DNA of 23,312 bases from Candidatus Eiseniibacteriota bacterium (GTDB taxonomy: Bacteria; Joyebacterota; Joyebacteria; Joyebacterales; Joyebacteraceae), in NCBI GenBank assembly GCA_043819135.1, contig JBDRFG010000114.1, positions 1 to 23,312 on the forward strand. The letters run 5' to 3'. The notes under the pieces were generated by a model. That model had not been told where the DNA came from. It saw nothing but the letters and a program-made list of their open reading frames with translations, and searched no databases. Each line of letters starts with the position of its first letter. Positions within the stretch are counted from its first letter, which is position 1. Positions 1 through 9,043 of this stretch are shown one piece after another. The position numbers and the translations under genes are program-made.

Positions 1-556
1 CATGAGCCACATCGCCGTCATGTGGACGCCCACGTTCGGCCGGCTCCTGTGCATGTCGGACGGCGGGATCGTGCCCGCTCCCACGCTCGAGCAGAAGGCC
101 GACATCATCAGGAACGCGGTCGACGCCATGCACAAGCTCGGGTGGGAGCGTCCGTTGGTGGCGGTGGTCGGCGCGCTGGAGAAGGTCAACCCGGCGCTTC
201 CGCACACCGTCGACGCGGCCGAACTTACGAAAATGAACGAGCGAGGTGAGATCACGGGCTGCATCGTCGACGGGCCGTTCGGGTTCGACAATGCCATCAG
301 CGAGGTGGCCGCGCGGCGTAAGGGCATCGACAGGCCCATCGCCGGGAAGGCGGACCTTGTCATATTCGGGGACATCGACGTCGGCAACGTCTTCTTCAAG
401 GCGATGAGTTTCATGACCGACGTCGCCCAGACGGCTGGTGTTCTCATCGGTTCGAAGGTCCCCATAGTAATGCCGTCCCGCGCCGACGGACCCGAGACGA
501 AACGCAACTCGATAGTTGTCGGAACGGTCATAGCGCACGCTCAGCGCGGCTCGTAG
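1..556 (+). CDS. Phosphate acetyl/butyryltransferase (PTA_PTB family), C-terminal part, probably truncated by the window edge
   Basis: Motifs DGGIVPAPTLEQKADIIRNAV, EKVNP, VDGPFGFDNAIS..AA..KGI, AGKADL...DIDVGNVF.K, GSKVPIVMPSRAD. Confidence 0.88.
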   Translation, partial: MSHIAVMWTPTFGRLLCMSDGGIVPAPTLEQKADIIRNAVDAMHKLGWERPLVAVVGALEKVNPALPHTVDAAELTKMNERGEITGCIVDGPFGFDNAISEVAARRKGIDRPIAGKADLVIFGDIDVGNVFFKAMSFMTDVAQTAGVLIGSKVPIVMPSRADGPETKRNSIVVGTVIAHAQRGS

Positions 557-591
557 CTGGCCGTGGAGCGCGCCCGGGAAGCCGCGATCGC

Positions 592-676
592 GCGAGAGTG
601 GCGGAACTGGTAGACGCGCTGGGTTTAGGACCCAGTAGGGAAACCTGTGGGGGTTCGAGTCCCCCCTCTCGCACCA
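592..676 (+). tRNA. tRNA-Leu (anticodon TAG)
   Basis: Acceptor GCGAGAG/CTCTCGC, D-loop GGTAGA, anticodon arm CTGGG-TTTAGGA-CCCAG, long variable arm, T-loop GTTCGAGTC, encoded CCA. Confidence 0.96.
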
Positions 677-752
677 TGACACAGTCAGCCAACTGCGTTG
701 GTGACGCCCGGTTTCGGGCATGCTTCATGCAAACCTGACCAAGGAGACGCTC

Positions 753-2120
753 TTGTTGGTACGTGTGGAAGAACTCGAGGCATGGAAACGGAAGCTGATC
801 ATCGGCGTGCCGGAGGCCGATGTCACAGCGAAGGCCAAGGAACTTCTCGCGGAGGTCGCGAAGGGAGCCACGGCTCCCGGGTTCCGCAAGGGTAAGATTC
901 CCACAGGCATGATCGAGAGGAGCCACGGCGCTGCGACGCTGGCCGAGGCGCTAAGGGTCGTCGCCGGCGGCGCCTACGCCGACGCCGTCAGAGAGGCGGG
1001 GCTTCACCCGATCTGTGATCCTCTCGTGGAACTCGACGAAGAGCTCAAGGACGGGCAGTACACGCTCACCGCGACGCTCGAGGTCAAGCCCGAGGTCGAG
1101 CCGAAGAACTACGAGAATCTCGAGTTCACGGAACGCATTCCGGTCGTCACCAACGAGGACGTCGATAAGTACGTGGAGGGGCTCAGGGAGGAGAGGGCCG
1201 AGCTTCTGCAGGTGAAGCGCCCGGCCATCGAGGGCGACGTCGTTGTGCTCGACTACGTGCCGCTCGGAGACGACGGTGAGCCTGTGTCGGAATCGAAGAC
1301 CGAAGACTACATCTGCGAGTTGGGGAAGGAGCAGGTCCCTTCCGAGATAGAGGGCGCGCTCATAGGTGTCGGTCCCGGTGAGGACAAGACCGTGGCCATC
1401 AAGTATCCGGACGATTTCCAGGTGGAGTCGCTCGCGGGTCGCGAGGTCAGCTTTGCGTTATCGGTCAAAGACGTGCGACAGAAGCGACTTCCGGTGGTCG
1501 ACGACGACTTCGCGAAGGCCTGCGGACCGTTCGAGACGATGCTCGACCTGAGAGTCCGCGTGAGAAACGGTCTGGAGGCGCGCGCCAAGTCGTGGGCCAG
1601 GGGCAGGCTCGAAGAGGAGATCGTCAGCGCGATCATCGAGCGTAATCCCTTCACGCTTCCCGAGTGCCTCATGGAGGACCGTCTCAGGAGCATGTACTGG
1701 AGGACGACCCGGCAGCGCGAGGCAGGGAACAGGGACCGGAAGGAGCCGGGGCCGAGCCCCGAGCCACCTGAGGACCTGGAGGTTCCCGAGGAGTTCTCCA
1801 ACGTCTACGGCCCCGTCATCGAGCACCAGCTCAAGGCGGGACTGCTTCTGGGGAGTATCGCAAAGAAGCACGGCACCGAGGTCACGAAGGAAGACATCGA
1901 GAAGAGAGTGGGTCAGATAGCCGAGGCGCAGGGACACAAGCCCGGCGAGTTGCTCAACGATCTCTCCGGTACCGACGCGCTCGCGCAGATAGAGGACGAT
2001 CTCTGGCTCGAGAAGGTCCACGAGCTATTGGTGAGCGTGTCCAACGTCAAGACGGAAGCGCTGGAGCCGGATGCGGAGAGGGACGGCTCGAGTCGTGAGG
2101 AAGAAGGCGCCGGCGCTTGA
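753..2120 (+). CDS. tig: Trigger factor
   Basis: Ribosome-binding signature PGFRKGKIP, central FKBP-like domain, tRNA-Leu-tig-clpP synteny. Start placed at TTG 753 behind AAGGAG (741-746); the ORF track opens at 720. Confidence 0.93.
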   Translation: MLVRVEELEAWKRKLIIGVPEADVTAKAKELLAEVAKGATAPGFRKGKIPTGMIERSHGAATLAEALRVVAGGAYADAVREAGLHPICDPLVELDEELKDGQYTLTATLEVKPEVEPKNYENLEFTERIPVVTNEDVDKYVEGLREERAELLQVKRPAIEGDVVVLDYVPLGDDGEPVSESKTEDYICELGKEQVPSEIEGALIGVGPGEDKTVAIKYPDDFQVESLAGREVSFALSVKDVRQKRLPVVDDDFAKACGPFETMLDLRVRVRNGLEARAKSWARGRLEEEIVSAIIERNPFTLPECLMEDRLRSMYWRTTRQREAGNRDRKEPGPSPEPPEDLEVPEEFSNVYGPVIEHQLKAGLLLGSIAKKHGTEVTKEDIEKRVGQIAEAQGHKPGELLNDLSGTDALAQIEDDLWLEKVHELLVSVSNVKTEALEPDAERDGSSREEEGAGA

Positions 2121-2163
2121 GTAGCGCTACGACGACGGAACCACTGACGCAGGAAGGACAACC

Positions 2164-2769
2164 ATGGGACTGACGCCGTTCGTGATTGAACAGACGCGCA
2201 CCGGTGAGCGGTCGTACGACATCTTCTCGCGGCTCCTGCGCGACAACATCGTGTTCATCGGGATGCCCATCGACGACAGGGTCGCCAACATCGTGATCGC
2301 GGAGCTTCTCTTCCTGGAGGCGCAGGATCCGGAGCGGGACATATTCATCTACATCAACAGCCCCGGGGGCTATGTCGCATCGGGTCTCGCCATCTACGAC
2401 ACGATGCAGTACATCCGTTCGGACATCCACACGATCTGCATGGGGCAGGCCGCGAGCATGGCGGCCGTGCTGCTCTGCGCGGGTGCGAAGGGGAAACGCT
2501 CCGCGCTTCCGCATGCCAGGATCATGATCCACCAGCCCATGGGCGGCAGCGAGGGACAGGCGAGCGACATCGAGATCTACGCCAGGGAGATCGTCAAGAT
2601 GCGGGAGCGCCTGACGCAGATCCTCGCCGACCATACCGGCCAGGACATCGAGCGCATTCGCAAGGACTCCGACCGCAACTTCTTCATGTCGGCCGAGGAG
2701 GCCATGGAGTACGGCATTATCGACCAGGTCATAACGAGGAAGCAGGAGGTCGAGAAGAAGAAGGAGTAG
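2164..2769 (+). CDS. clpP: ATP-dependent Clp protease proteolytic subunit
   Basis: [26 protein letters not shown] (Ser), IMIHQP (His), [17 protein letters not shown]. Confidence 0.97.
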   Translation: MGLTPFVIEQTRTGERSYDIFSRLLRDNIVFIGMPIDDRVANIVIAELLFLEAQDPERDIFIYINSPGGYVASGLAIYDTMQYIRSDIHTICMGQAASMAAVLLCAGAKGKRSALPHARIMIHQPMGGSEGQASDIEIYAREIVKMRERLTQILADHTGQDIERIRKDSDRNFFMSAEEAMEYGIIDQVITRKQEVEKKKE

Positions 2770-2793
2770 CCGGGAAACCGCTTGCGGGGCCTC

Positions 2794-2822
2794 TTGCGGG
2801 GGTGAAGAGCAGAGGTTATGTT
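2794..2822 (+). promoter_or_regulatory. Possible sigma-70 promoter for lon
   Basis: TTGCGG-N17-TATGTT in the clpP-lon spacer. Confidence 0.3.
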
Positions 2823-2947
2823 GAGCATCGGCGGGACGCGGATCAAGCGGCGCCCCGCTCGACGTGGGAATACTGGGCGCGGCGGGCGCGACCGCCGTTC
2901 GCGAGCGCCACTCACGCACGTCTTGAAAACGTTACACGGGAGATGAG

Positions 2948-5368
2948 ATGCTTCACATAGAGCACGACGATGAGACCATCGACTTCAGCGAAAAGCTGCC
3001 AATCGTGCCGCTTAGAGACCTCGTTCTCTTCCCGCGCATGATAGTGCCTCTGCTTGTGGGCCGACCGCGTTCCGTCAGCGCGCTCGAGGAAGTGATGCAC
3101 GGCGACAAGATCATGTTCGTCGTGACGCAGCGCGACGTAGAGACGCACGACCCCGAGCCTGACGACCTCTACCGTGTAGGAACGGTCGTCAGAGTCCTGC
3201 AGCTCCTGCGCCTGCCCGACGGGACCATGAAGGTCCTGGTCGAGGGGCTATCGCGAGCCGTGGTCCGACGCTTCATGAGGACCGATGACTACCTTCAGGT
3301 CCGCCTGGAGATCCGCAAGGAAGAGTTCGAGCGCACCGTGGAGACCGAGGCGCTCATGAGGAGCGTCGCCGGCCAGTTCGAGGAGTACGTTCAGCTGTCG
3401 CGGAAGATCCCGCAGGAAGTGCTCATCTCGGTGGTCAACACGGACGACGTGTCGAGGTTCACGGACACCGTGGCGACCCACCTCTCCGGCAAGATCGAGG
3501 AGAAGCAGCGCGTACTCGAGGCCGAGGACGTCACGACGAGGCTCCGGATCCTGGCACGCGCGCTATCGGCCGAGTTGGAGATCCTGAGGCTCGAGCGCAA
3601 GATCGAGAACCAGGTGCGCGAGCAGCTTCAGAAGAGCCAGAAGGAATTCTATCTGCACCAGCAGATGAAGGCCATCCAGGAGGAACTGGGCCAGGAGGGT
3701 GAGGGGACTCCGGAAGTCAGCGAGCTTCAGCAGGCGATCGACGAAGCGAACATGAGCGAGGAGGCCGAGAAGAAGGCTCTCTCCGAACTCGACCGCCTCA
3801 AGAAGATGTCACCGATGTCGCCCGAGGCGACCGTAGTCAGGACGTACATCGAGTGGATGACCTCGATGCCCTGGCAGAAGCGGTCCAAGGACCGCGACGA
3901 GATCGCCGAGGTCGAGGGCATCCTCGAGGACGACCACTACGGCCTCCAGAAGCCGAAAGAGCGTATCCTCGAGTACCTGGCGGTACTCAAGCTCACCGAG
4001 AAGGTCAAGGGGCCCATCATGTGCCTCGTGGGCCCTCCGGGCGTCGGCAAGACGTCGCTGGGCCGCTCGGTTGCGAGGGCGCTCGACCGCGAGTTCGTTC
4101 GCGTGTCGCTCGGCGGTGTTCGCGACGAGGCTGAGATCCGCGGCCACAGGCGCACCTACATAGGGTCGATGCCCGGTCGCATCATCCAGGGGCTCAAGAA
4201 GGCCGGCACCAAGAATCCGGTCTTCCTGCTGGATGAGGTCGACAAGATGAGTTCCGACTTCCGGGGCGACCCGGCGTCGGCGCTCCTTGAGGTGCTCGAT
4301 CCCGAGCAGAACTGCGCGTTCAACGACCACTACCTCGACGTCGACTTCGACCTGTCGGAGGTGATGTTCATCACGACGGCGAACGTGCTGCACACGATAC
4401 CACCCGCGCTCGAGGACCGGATGGAGACCATCCGTTTGCCCGGCTACCTCAGGCACGAGAAGATACAGATCGCGAAGAAGTTCCTCGTGCCGAAGCAGCT
4501 CGAGGCCAACGGCCTGAAGGCGCTGGGCGTGACGTTCTCGCAGGCCGCGCTCGTGCGGATCGCCGAGGACTACACGCGCGAGGCCGGCGTCAGGAACCTC
4601 GAGCGCGAGATAGCGAACATCTGCAGGAAGATCGCCCGCGAACACGCGGCGGGGAAGAGGATGACCACGAAGGTCACGCCGGCCGCCGTCAAGAGGTTCC
4701 TCGGTATGGCGCGATTCCTTTCGCAGGAGGTCGAGACAGAGAGCCGTGTCGGCGTCGCAACGGGTCTGGCGTGGACGAGCGTCGGCGGCGAGATCCTGAC
4801 CGTCGAGGTGCTGACCATGAAGGGCGACGGCACCCTGACCCTCACCGGCAAGCTCGGAGAGGTGATGCAGGAGTCTGCGAAGGCGGCGTTCTCGTACGCG
4901 AAGGCGCACGCGGCTGAACTCGGGATCGACCAGGAGCACCTGGGGAACATCGACATCCACATCCACGTGCCCGAGGGCGCCATTCCGAAGGACGGTCCGT
5001 CGGCCGGCGTTGCCATGGCGACCGCACTGGTCTCCGCGCTGACCGGCAAGGCGACCAGATCGGACATCGCGATGACCGGCGAGATCACTCTCGGCGGGAA
5101 GGTGCTGCCGGTCGGTGGCTTGAACGAGAAGGCCGTCGCCGCGCACAGTGCGAAGCTCACGACGCTCATCATCCCAAGCAGGAACGAGAAGGACGTCGGT
5201 GAGTTTCCGAAGGAAGTAATCCGCGATCTCAATATCGAGCTCGTGGACAGGCTGGACCAGGTCTTCGCCCTGGCGTTCGAAGGCTGGGACGAACACATGG
5301 CCAAACCGGAGGAACACACGGGCGAATCGCGTCCGGAGGCTCCTAGTCAACCGCCTGCACCGCACTAG
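2948..5368 (+). CDS. lon: Endopeptidase La (LonA)
   Basis: N-domain LPIVPLRDLVLFP, Walker A GPPGVGKT, LLDEVDK, catalytic PKDGPSAG and GGLNEK. Confidence 0.98.
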   Translation: MLHIEHDDETIDFSEKLPIVPLRDLVLFPRMIVPLLVGRPRSVSALEEVMHGDKIMFVVTQRDVETHDPEPDDLYRVGTVVRVLQLLRLPDGTMKVLVEGLSRAVVRRFMRTDDYLQVRLEIRKEEFERTVETEALMRSVAGQFEEYVQLSRKIPQEVLISVVNTDDVSRFTDTVATHLSGKIEEKQRVLEAEDVTTRLRILARALSAELEILRLERKIENQVREQLQKSQKEFYLHQQMKAIQEELGQEGEGTPEVSELQQAIDEANMSEEAEKKALSELDRLKKMSPMSPEATVVRTYIEWMTSMPWQKRSKDRDEIAEVEGILEDDHYGLQKPKERILEYLAVLKLTEKVKGPIMCLVGPPGVGKTSLGRSVARALDREFVRVSLGGVRDEAEIRGHRRTYIGSMPGRIIQGLKKAGTKNPVFLLDEVDKMSSDFRGDPASALLEVLDPEQNCAFNDHYLDVDFDLSEVMFITTANVLHTIPPALEDRMETIRLPGYLRHEKIQIAKKFLVPKQLEANGLKALGVTFSQAALVRIAEDYTREAGVRNLEREIANICRKIAREHAAGKRMTTKVTPAAVKRFLGMARFLSQEVETESRVGVATGLAWTSVGGEILTVEVLTMKGDGTLTLTGKLGEVMQESAKAAFSYAKAHAAELGIDQEHLGNIDIHIHVPEGAIPKDGPSAGVAMATALVSALTGKATRSDIAMTGEITLGGKVLPVGGLNEKAVAAHSAKLTTLIIPSRNEKDVGEFPKEVIRDLNIELVDRLDQVFALAFEGWDEHMAKPEEHTGESRPEAPSQPPAPH

Positions 5369-5391
5369 AACGAGCAACAGGCGACCAAGAG

Positions 5392-5423
5392 GGCCCCGCG
5401 GACGAACCGCGGGGCCTTTTCTT
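5392..5423 (+). terminator. Intrinsic terminator after lon
   Basis: GGCCCCGCGG-acgaa-CCGCGGGGCC followed by TTTTCTT. Confidence 0.85.
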
Positions 5424-5502
5424 GTACACGGGGGCGTACTAAGCTGGTACACTTGCTGACGCTGTTCGCCCGCAGTTCCTCGACCCGAACGATGTGGCGA
5501 CT

Positions 5503-6093
5503 ATGAGAATCGAAACAGCCGAGTTCATGCTGGGTGCCGCAAGCCTGACGCAGTTACCGCACGAGGGGCTGCCCGAGATCGCGCTCGGGGGCCGCTCCAA
5601 CGTGGGCAAGTCGTCCTTGCTGAACAAGCTCACCGGGCGGAAGAAACTCGCGCGCATCTCGCGCACGCCCGGAAAGACCAGGGAACTCAACCTCTACAAG
5701 ATCGACAACCGGATGATCATTGTGGATCTCCCGGGCTACGGGTTCGCGAAGGTCCCCGACAGGGTCAAAGAGGAGTGGGGCCAGCTGGTCGAGAGCTACC
5801 TGAACTCGCGCGAGGAGTTGGCGGCCGTCGTCCACCTGGTGGACGCCCGACATCCTCCGACGCGCGATGACGTTCAGATGCACGAGTGGATAAGGCACTA
5901 CGAGGTGCCGGCGTTGATCGCAGTGACGAAGGTAGATAAGATAGCGCGAGGCAAGCGTGCCGCCGCGCTTCGCTCGATCCGGGGACTCCTCGAGCCTGAC
6001 GAGACCACGCCCGTGGTCTTCTTCTCGGCGGAGACAGGAGAAGGCTCGAAGGAGCTGTTAGGCTGGATGCGCGAGGCCGCGGGGCTGTTGTAG
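5503..6093 (+). CDS. engB: Ribosome biogenesis GTPase YihA/YsxC (EngB)
   Basis: G1 GRSNVGKSS, SRTPGKT, G3 DLPGYG, G4 TKVDK; typical position after lon. Alternative start GTG 5494. Confidence 0.95.
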   Translation: MRIETAEFMLGAASLTQLPHEGLPEIALGGRSNVGKSSLLNKLTGRKKLARISRTPGKTRELNLYKIDNRMIIVDLPGYGFAKVPDRVKEEWGQLVESYLNSREELAAVVHLVDARHPPTRDDVQMHEWIRHYEVPALIAVTKVDKIARGKRAAALRSIRGLLEPDETTPVVFFSAETGEGSKELLGWMREAAGLL

Positions 6094-6147
6094 ACGTTCG
6101 GGACGACGCCGGCCAAGCTGGCCGGGACGTTCACAGGGAGGAATCAG

Positions 6148-7284
6148 ATGAAGTCGAAGCTCTTCACGCCGGGCCCCACAAAGGTGCCGGGGGCAGTTCT
6201 CTCGGCGGTGGGGAAGCAGGTGCTCCACCACAGATCGCCGGAATTCTCCGAGAAGGTAAGGCACGTCCAGGACGAGCTGGGCCGACTGCTGCAGACGCAC
6301 AACGACACGCTTCTCTTCACGTGCTCAGGAACGGGCATGATGGAGGCCGCCGTCGCAAATCTCCTGTCACGCGGCGACAAGGCCATCTGCGTCAACAACG
6401 GCGTGTTCGGTGAGCGATGGGTCGCTATCTGCAAGGCGTACGGCGTGGAGGCCATCGATGTGGCGGTGGAGTGGGGGAAGAGCATCGAGCCCGCGGAACT
6501 CAAGAGCGTCGCCGCGGCTCACCCGGACGCGAAGGTGGTCCTGGTGATTCACAGCGAGACCTCGACAGGCGCCCTGAACGACATCCAGGCGTTGGCTGCA
6601 GCGCTAAAGGACCACGGTGCCGCGATCGTCGTCGATGCTACATCGAGTGTCGGATGTCACGAGATCCGCATGGATGAGTGGGGCATCGACGTCGTGATAG
6701 CCGGCACGCAGAAGGCGTTGATGACTCCTCCGGGTCTGTCGTTCGTGGCGTTGAACGGGAAGGCGTGGGGGCTCGTGTCCAGTTCTGACCTGCCGGTGTA
6801 CTACTTCGATTTCACGACGACATGGAAGAAGCTGCAGCGCAAGGGACAGACGCCGTTCACGACGGCGGTTTCGCTGGTCTACGGTCTCGAGGTGGCGCTG
6901 GCGATGATGGAGGAGGAAGGCTGGGACAACGTCTACAAGCGCCACGCCAAGATGGGTGCGGCGACGCGGGCGGCAGTGAAGGCGCTCGGATTCGACGTCC
7001 TGCCGGAGCACCCTGTCAATGGTGTGACGGTGATCTTGTGCCCGGACGGCGTAGACGCCAACCGCATCGTGCGGGTGATGGACGATGAGTTCGGCGTACG
7101 CGTTGCCGGTGGTCAGGGGCACCTTTCCGGAAGGGTCTTCAGGATCGGTCACATGGGCGGCATCCGCGAGCGCGACCTCGCGATGGTCATCGGCGCGCTG
7201 GAGCGCGCCGCGGTGACCGTGGGCCACTCGTCGAAGCCCGGCGCCGGCCTGACGGCTCTTCAGCAGGTATTGCTCGAGCGATAG
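6148..7284 (+). CDS. Class V PLP aminotransferase (alanine-glyoxylate/serine-pyruvate family)
   Basis: LFTPGPT, HHRS.EF, SGTGMMEA, HSETSTG, VDATSS, PLP-Lys motif GTQKALMTPPG, FRIGHMG; RBS GGAGG. Confidence 0.92.
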   Translation: MKSKLFTPGPTKVPGAVLSAVGKQVLHHRSPEFSEKVRHVQDELGRLLQTHNDTLLFTCSGTGMMEAAVANLLSRGDKAICVNNGVFGERWVAICKAYGVEAIDVAVEWGKSIEPAELKSVAAAHPDAKVVLVIHSETSTGALNDIQALAAALKDHGAAIVVDATSSVGCHEIRMDEWGIDVVIAGTQKALMTPPGLSFVALNGKAWGLVSSSDLPVYYFDFTTTWKKLQRKGQTPFTTAVSLVYGLEVALAMMEEEGWDNVYKRHAKMGAATRAAVKALGFDVLPEHPVNGVTVILCPDGVDANRIVRVMDDEFGVRVAGGQGHLSGRVFRIGHMGGIRERDLAMVIGALERAAVTVGHSSKPGAGLTALQQVLLER

Positions 7285-7302
7285 AGAATCGGTTAGAGTC
7301 GT

Positions 7303-7378
7303 GGGCCGTTAGCTCAGTTGGTAGAGCACCTGCCTTTTAAGCAGGGAGTCGCTGGTTCGAAACCAGCACGGCCTACCA
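7303..7378 (+). tRNA. tRNA-Lys (anticodon TTT)
   Basis: GGGCCGT/ACGGCCT acceptor, AGCTCAGTTGGTAGAGC D-arm, CCTGC-CTTTTAA-GCAGG, GCTGG-TTCGAAA-CCAGC, CCA. Confidence 0.96.
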
Positions 7379-7428
7379 CAGACCCGGCTGGCAGGCGGCG
7401 CTGCTGCTCGGTCCGGCCTACATACAGC

Positions 7429-7503
7429 GTCCCCATCGTCTAGGGGTTAGGACACCGCCCTTTCACGGCGGCAGCACGGGTTCGAATCCCGTTGGGGACG
7501 CCA
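7429..7503 (+). tRNA. tRNA-Glu (anticodon TTC)
   Basis: GTCCCCA/TGGGGAC acceptor, CCGCC-CTTTCAC-GGCGG, ACGGG-TTCGAAT-CCCGT, CCA. Confidence 0.96.
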
Positions 7504-7506
7504 CAG

Positions 7507-7541
7507 ACAGAGAGGCCAGCTTCCGCTGGCCTCTCTGTTTG
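7507..7541 (+). terminator. Terminator-like hairpin after tRNA-Glu (start of repeat unit 1)
   Basis: ACAGAGAGGCCAGC-ttcc-GCTGGCCTCTCTGT then TTG. Confidence 0.75.
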
Positions 7542-7699
7542 TCTGCCCAACGGATACTTCGCACCAGTCGGGTTCGACCGCCCCGCGCGCTGAACAGCGC
7601 GCCTTCACAACAGAGGCGGCGAAGCCGCCAACCTTAGGCAGGGGTGGCGCGGGCGCCTGCTGCGCCCGACGCCAGCCAATCCCGTTGGGGACGCCAGTT

Positions 7700-7733
7700 A
7701 ACAGAAGCCCGCCAAACGGCGGGCTTCTGTTTG
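7700..7733 (+). terminator. Terminator-like hairpin after the duplicated tRNA end (start of repeat unit 2)
   Basis: AACAGAAGCCCGCC-aaac-GGCGGGCTTCTGTT then TG. Confidence 0.75.
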
Positions 7734-7865
7734 CTCGTACCCGATGGATACTTCGAAGTCGTCGGGTTCGACCGCCCCGCGCGCCGGAGGGCGCCCTCAT
7801 AGGAGGGGCGGCGCAGCCGCCAACCTCCACACGCGGTCGACTGCCGGAGGATGAACCGGGGCGTG

Positions 7866-8239
7866 TCAATCCTGGCGCAGGCGCGGAACGTCGCTGGATT
7901 CTCTTGAATTCACCTGGGTTCGATGAACCAGGAGTGCACCGTAGTCACGGCTTTCGGGGCTGACGTAGAATCCCGCAATGACGTGGCGCTCGTCAGGCAG
8001 AACCAGGCCCAGAGACGCGAGTCTGCTCAGCGTCGGGTCGATCAGTTTGCCCTCACGCTTCAGGAACGCGTACTCGCGTGCCGGGATCTCGCCGTTCTCG
8101 CGGCAGAACCGGTCGTAGCCAGGCATCATCGCCCCGGTGACGGTGTAGTCGAGCCCCAGTCCGCTTCAACCGCCACGACGGCGTCGAGGTCCGATGCACC
8201 GCCGTTTCTTACTGTGAATGAGATCGTCTCGTTGTTCAT
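7866..8239 (-). pseudogene. YkwB-type GNAT acetyltransferase pseudogene with internal deletion and frameshift
   Basis: N-term MNNETISFTVRNGGASDLDAVVAVEADW (ATG 8239, ATGA overlap with the upstream stop) is joined out of frame near 8155 to GLDYTVTGAMMPGYDRF...EY...GKLIDPTLS...ESRDYGALLV, which resembles the GGRMPGY..DPV...ES..YA.L C-terminus of this family. Confidence 0.65.
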
Positions 8240-9043
8240 CGGCGTGGAGAAACCTCTCGTTCAAGCGGACAGGCGCTAATGACACCGCCCATGCCGCAGG
8301 TGAATACAACGCCCTTGTTCACGCCTCGGTCGGCGAGGTCCGAGCCACGGTTCCCCTTGGGGCGCGTGGCATCTGCTGCAAGACAGATCGAAGGGGCCCG
8401 CCTTCCTGCGGAGCAGACCCGCCTCGCCGTACATCGCGAAGAGCCCGGGAGTCAGGGCGAAGTCGTGACCTGTGGCGAACGCCACGTCGATTCGGTCATC
8501 CTCTATGTCCCGGCACGCCTCCGCAACAGCCACAAGCCCGGAGGCGCAGGATCCGCCGACCGCCAGGGCCGGGCCCGTGGCTCAGAAGAGAGCCGCCGCG
8601 ACACCGACGGTCTGGCCGTCTATGGTGTTCAGGATGTCCTTCCTGCAGTAGAGGTCCTTCGGGAGGCCGCCGGCCTCCAAGCGCACTTTTTCATCCCAGA
8701 ACTCGACCGTCCCACGCGAACTGCCGTCGCAGACACCGACTCTCTCGCCGGACGTCCGCTCTGACTCGAGCTTCGCATCGCTGCGGGCCAGCAGTACCGA
8801 CGCGAGGTAGAATCGCACCTCCCGGGAGTAGTACCTGAGGTGGTGTTCGGGCACCTCCGACAGGTGCCTGTCTGCTTCGGATTGTCGCATGCGGCCCGCG
8901 ACGACTGTCTTCGTCGAGTCAGACGGGTCCGGGATCTCCGCGAGCTGCGATGTCCCGGCCTGCAGATATCGCCAGAAGACCTCTGGGCTGTCGCAGTTTG
9001 GTAGAGTGATTCCAATGCCTGTCACGGCAACCTTGCGTTCCAT
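8236..9043 (-). pseudogene. Beta-ketoacyl synthase (FabF-like) pseudogene
   Basis: MERKVAVTGIG start; in-frame TGA at 8582-8584 in ALF*ATGP (Gly expected), then the active-site region GSCASGLVAV and ..GPFD. Frameshifted join near 8387 to C-terminal VNKGVVFTCGMGGV. Only 808 bp versus roughly 1.2 kb for an intact KAS. Confidence 0.85.

Larger units (their letters stand above)
7504..7872 (+). repeat. Two tandem tRNA-linked repeat units (~193 and ~190 bp period), rtT/TLR-like
   Basis: 7678-7696 is identical to the tRNA-Glu 3' 19 nt (7485-7503). The units share GGATACTTCG (7552/7746), the 24-mer GTCGGGTTCGACCGCCCCGCGCGC (7567/7761) and GGCGGCG(A/C)AGCCGCCAACCT (7615/7807). Unit 2 ends in AATCC at 7868-7872. 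Confidence 0.85.

Noticed and set aside
2818..2946. 42-aa Arg-rich ORF before lon as a clpX remnant or leader peptide
   Set aside because: No ClpX motif (no CSFC zinc finger), its start overlaps the putative -10, and the composition is what GC-rich non-coding DNA gives by chance.
3809..5452. Long antisense ORFs (547 aa here; also 2047-2919, 9855-10673, 16919-18040, 21083-22273)
   Set aside because: Shadow frames opposite well-supported genes in high-GC DNA, with no recognisable motifs.
7485..7872. CRISPR array
   Set aside because: Only two ~190-bp units, the repeats derive from the tRNA end, the 'spacers' are homologous to each other, and there are no cas genes.
7447..7963. ORFs 7447-7869 (-) and 7685-7963 (+)
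   Set aside because: They overlap tRNA-Glu and the structured repeats, have low-complexity translations and lack an RBS.
8582..8584. In-frame TGA at a Gly position as evidence for recoding (genetic code 25 or selenocysteine)
   Set aside because: TGA ends intact genes here (tig, DUF4900 copy 2, ligase), the site is not the catalytic Cys, and the gene also has a deletion and frameshift. A GGA-to-TGA nonsense change is simpler.
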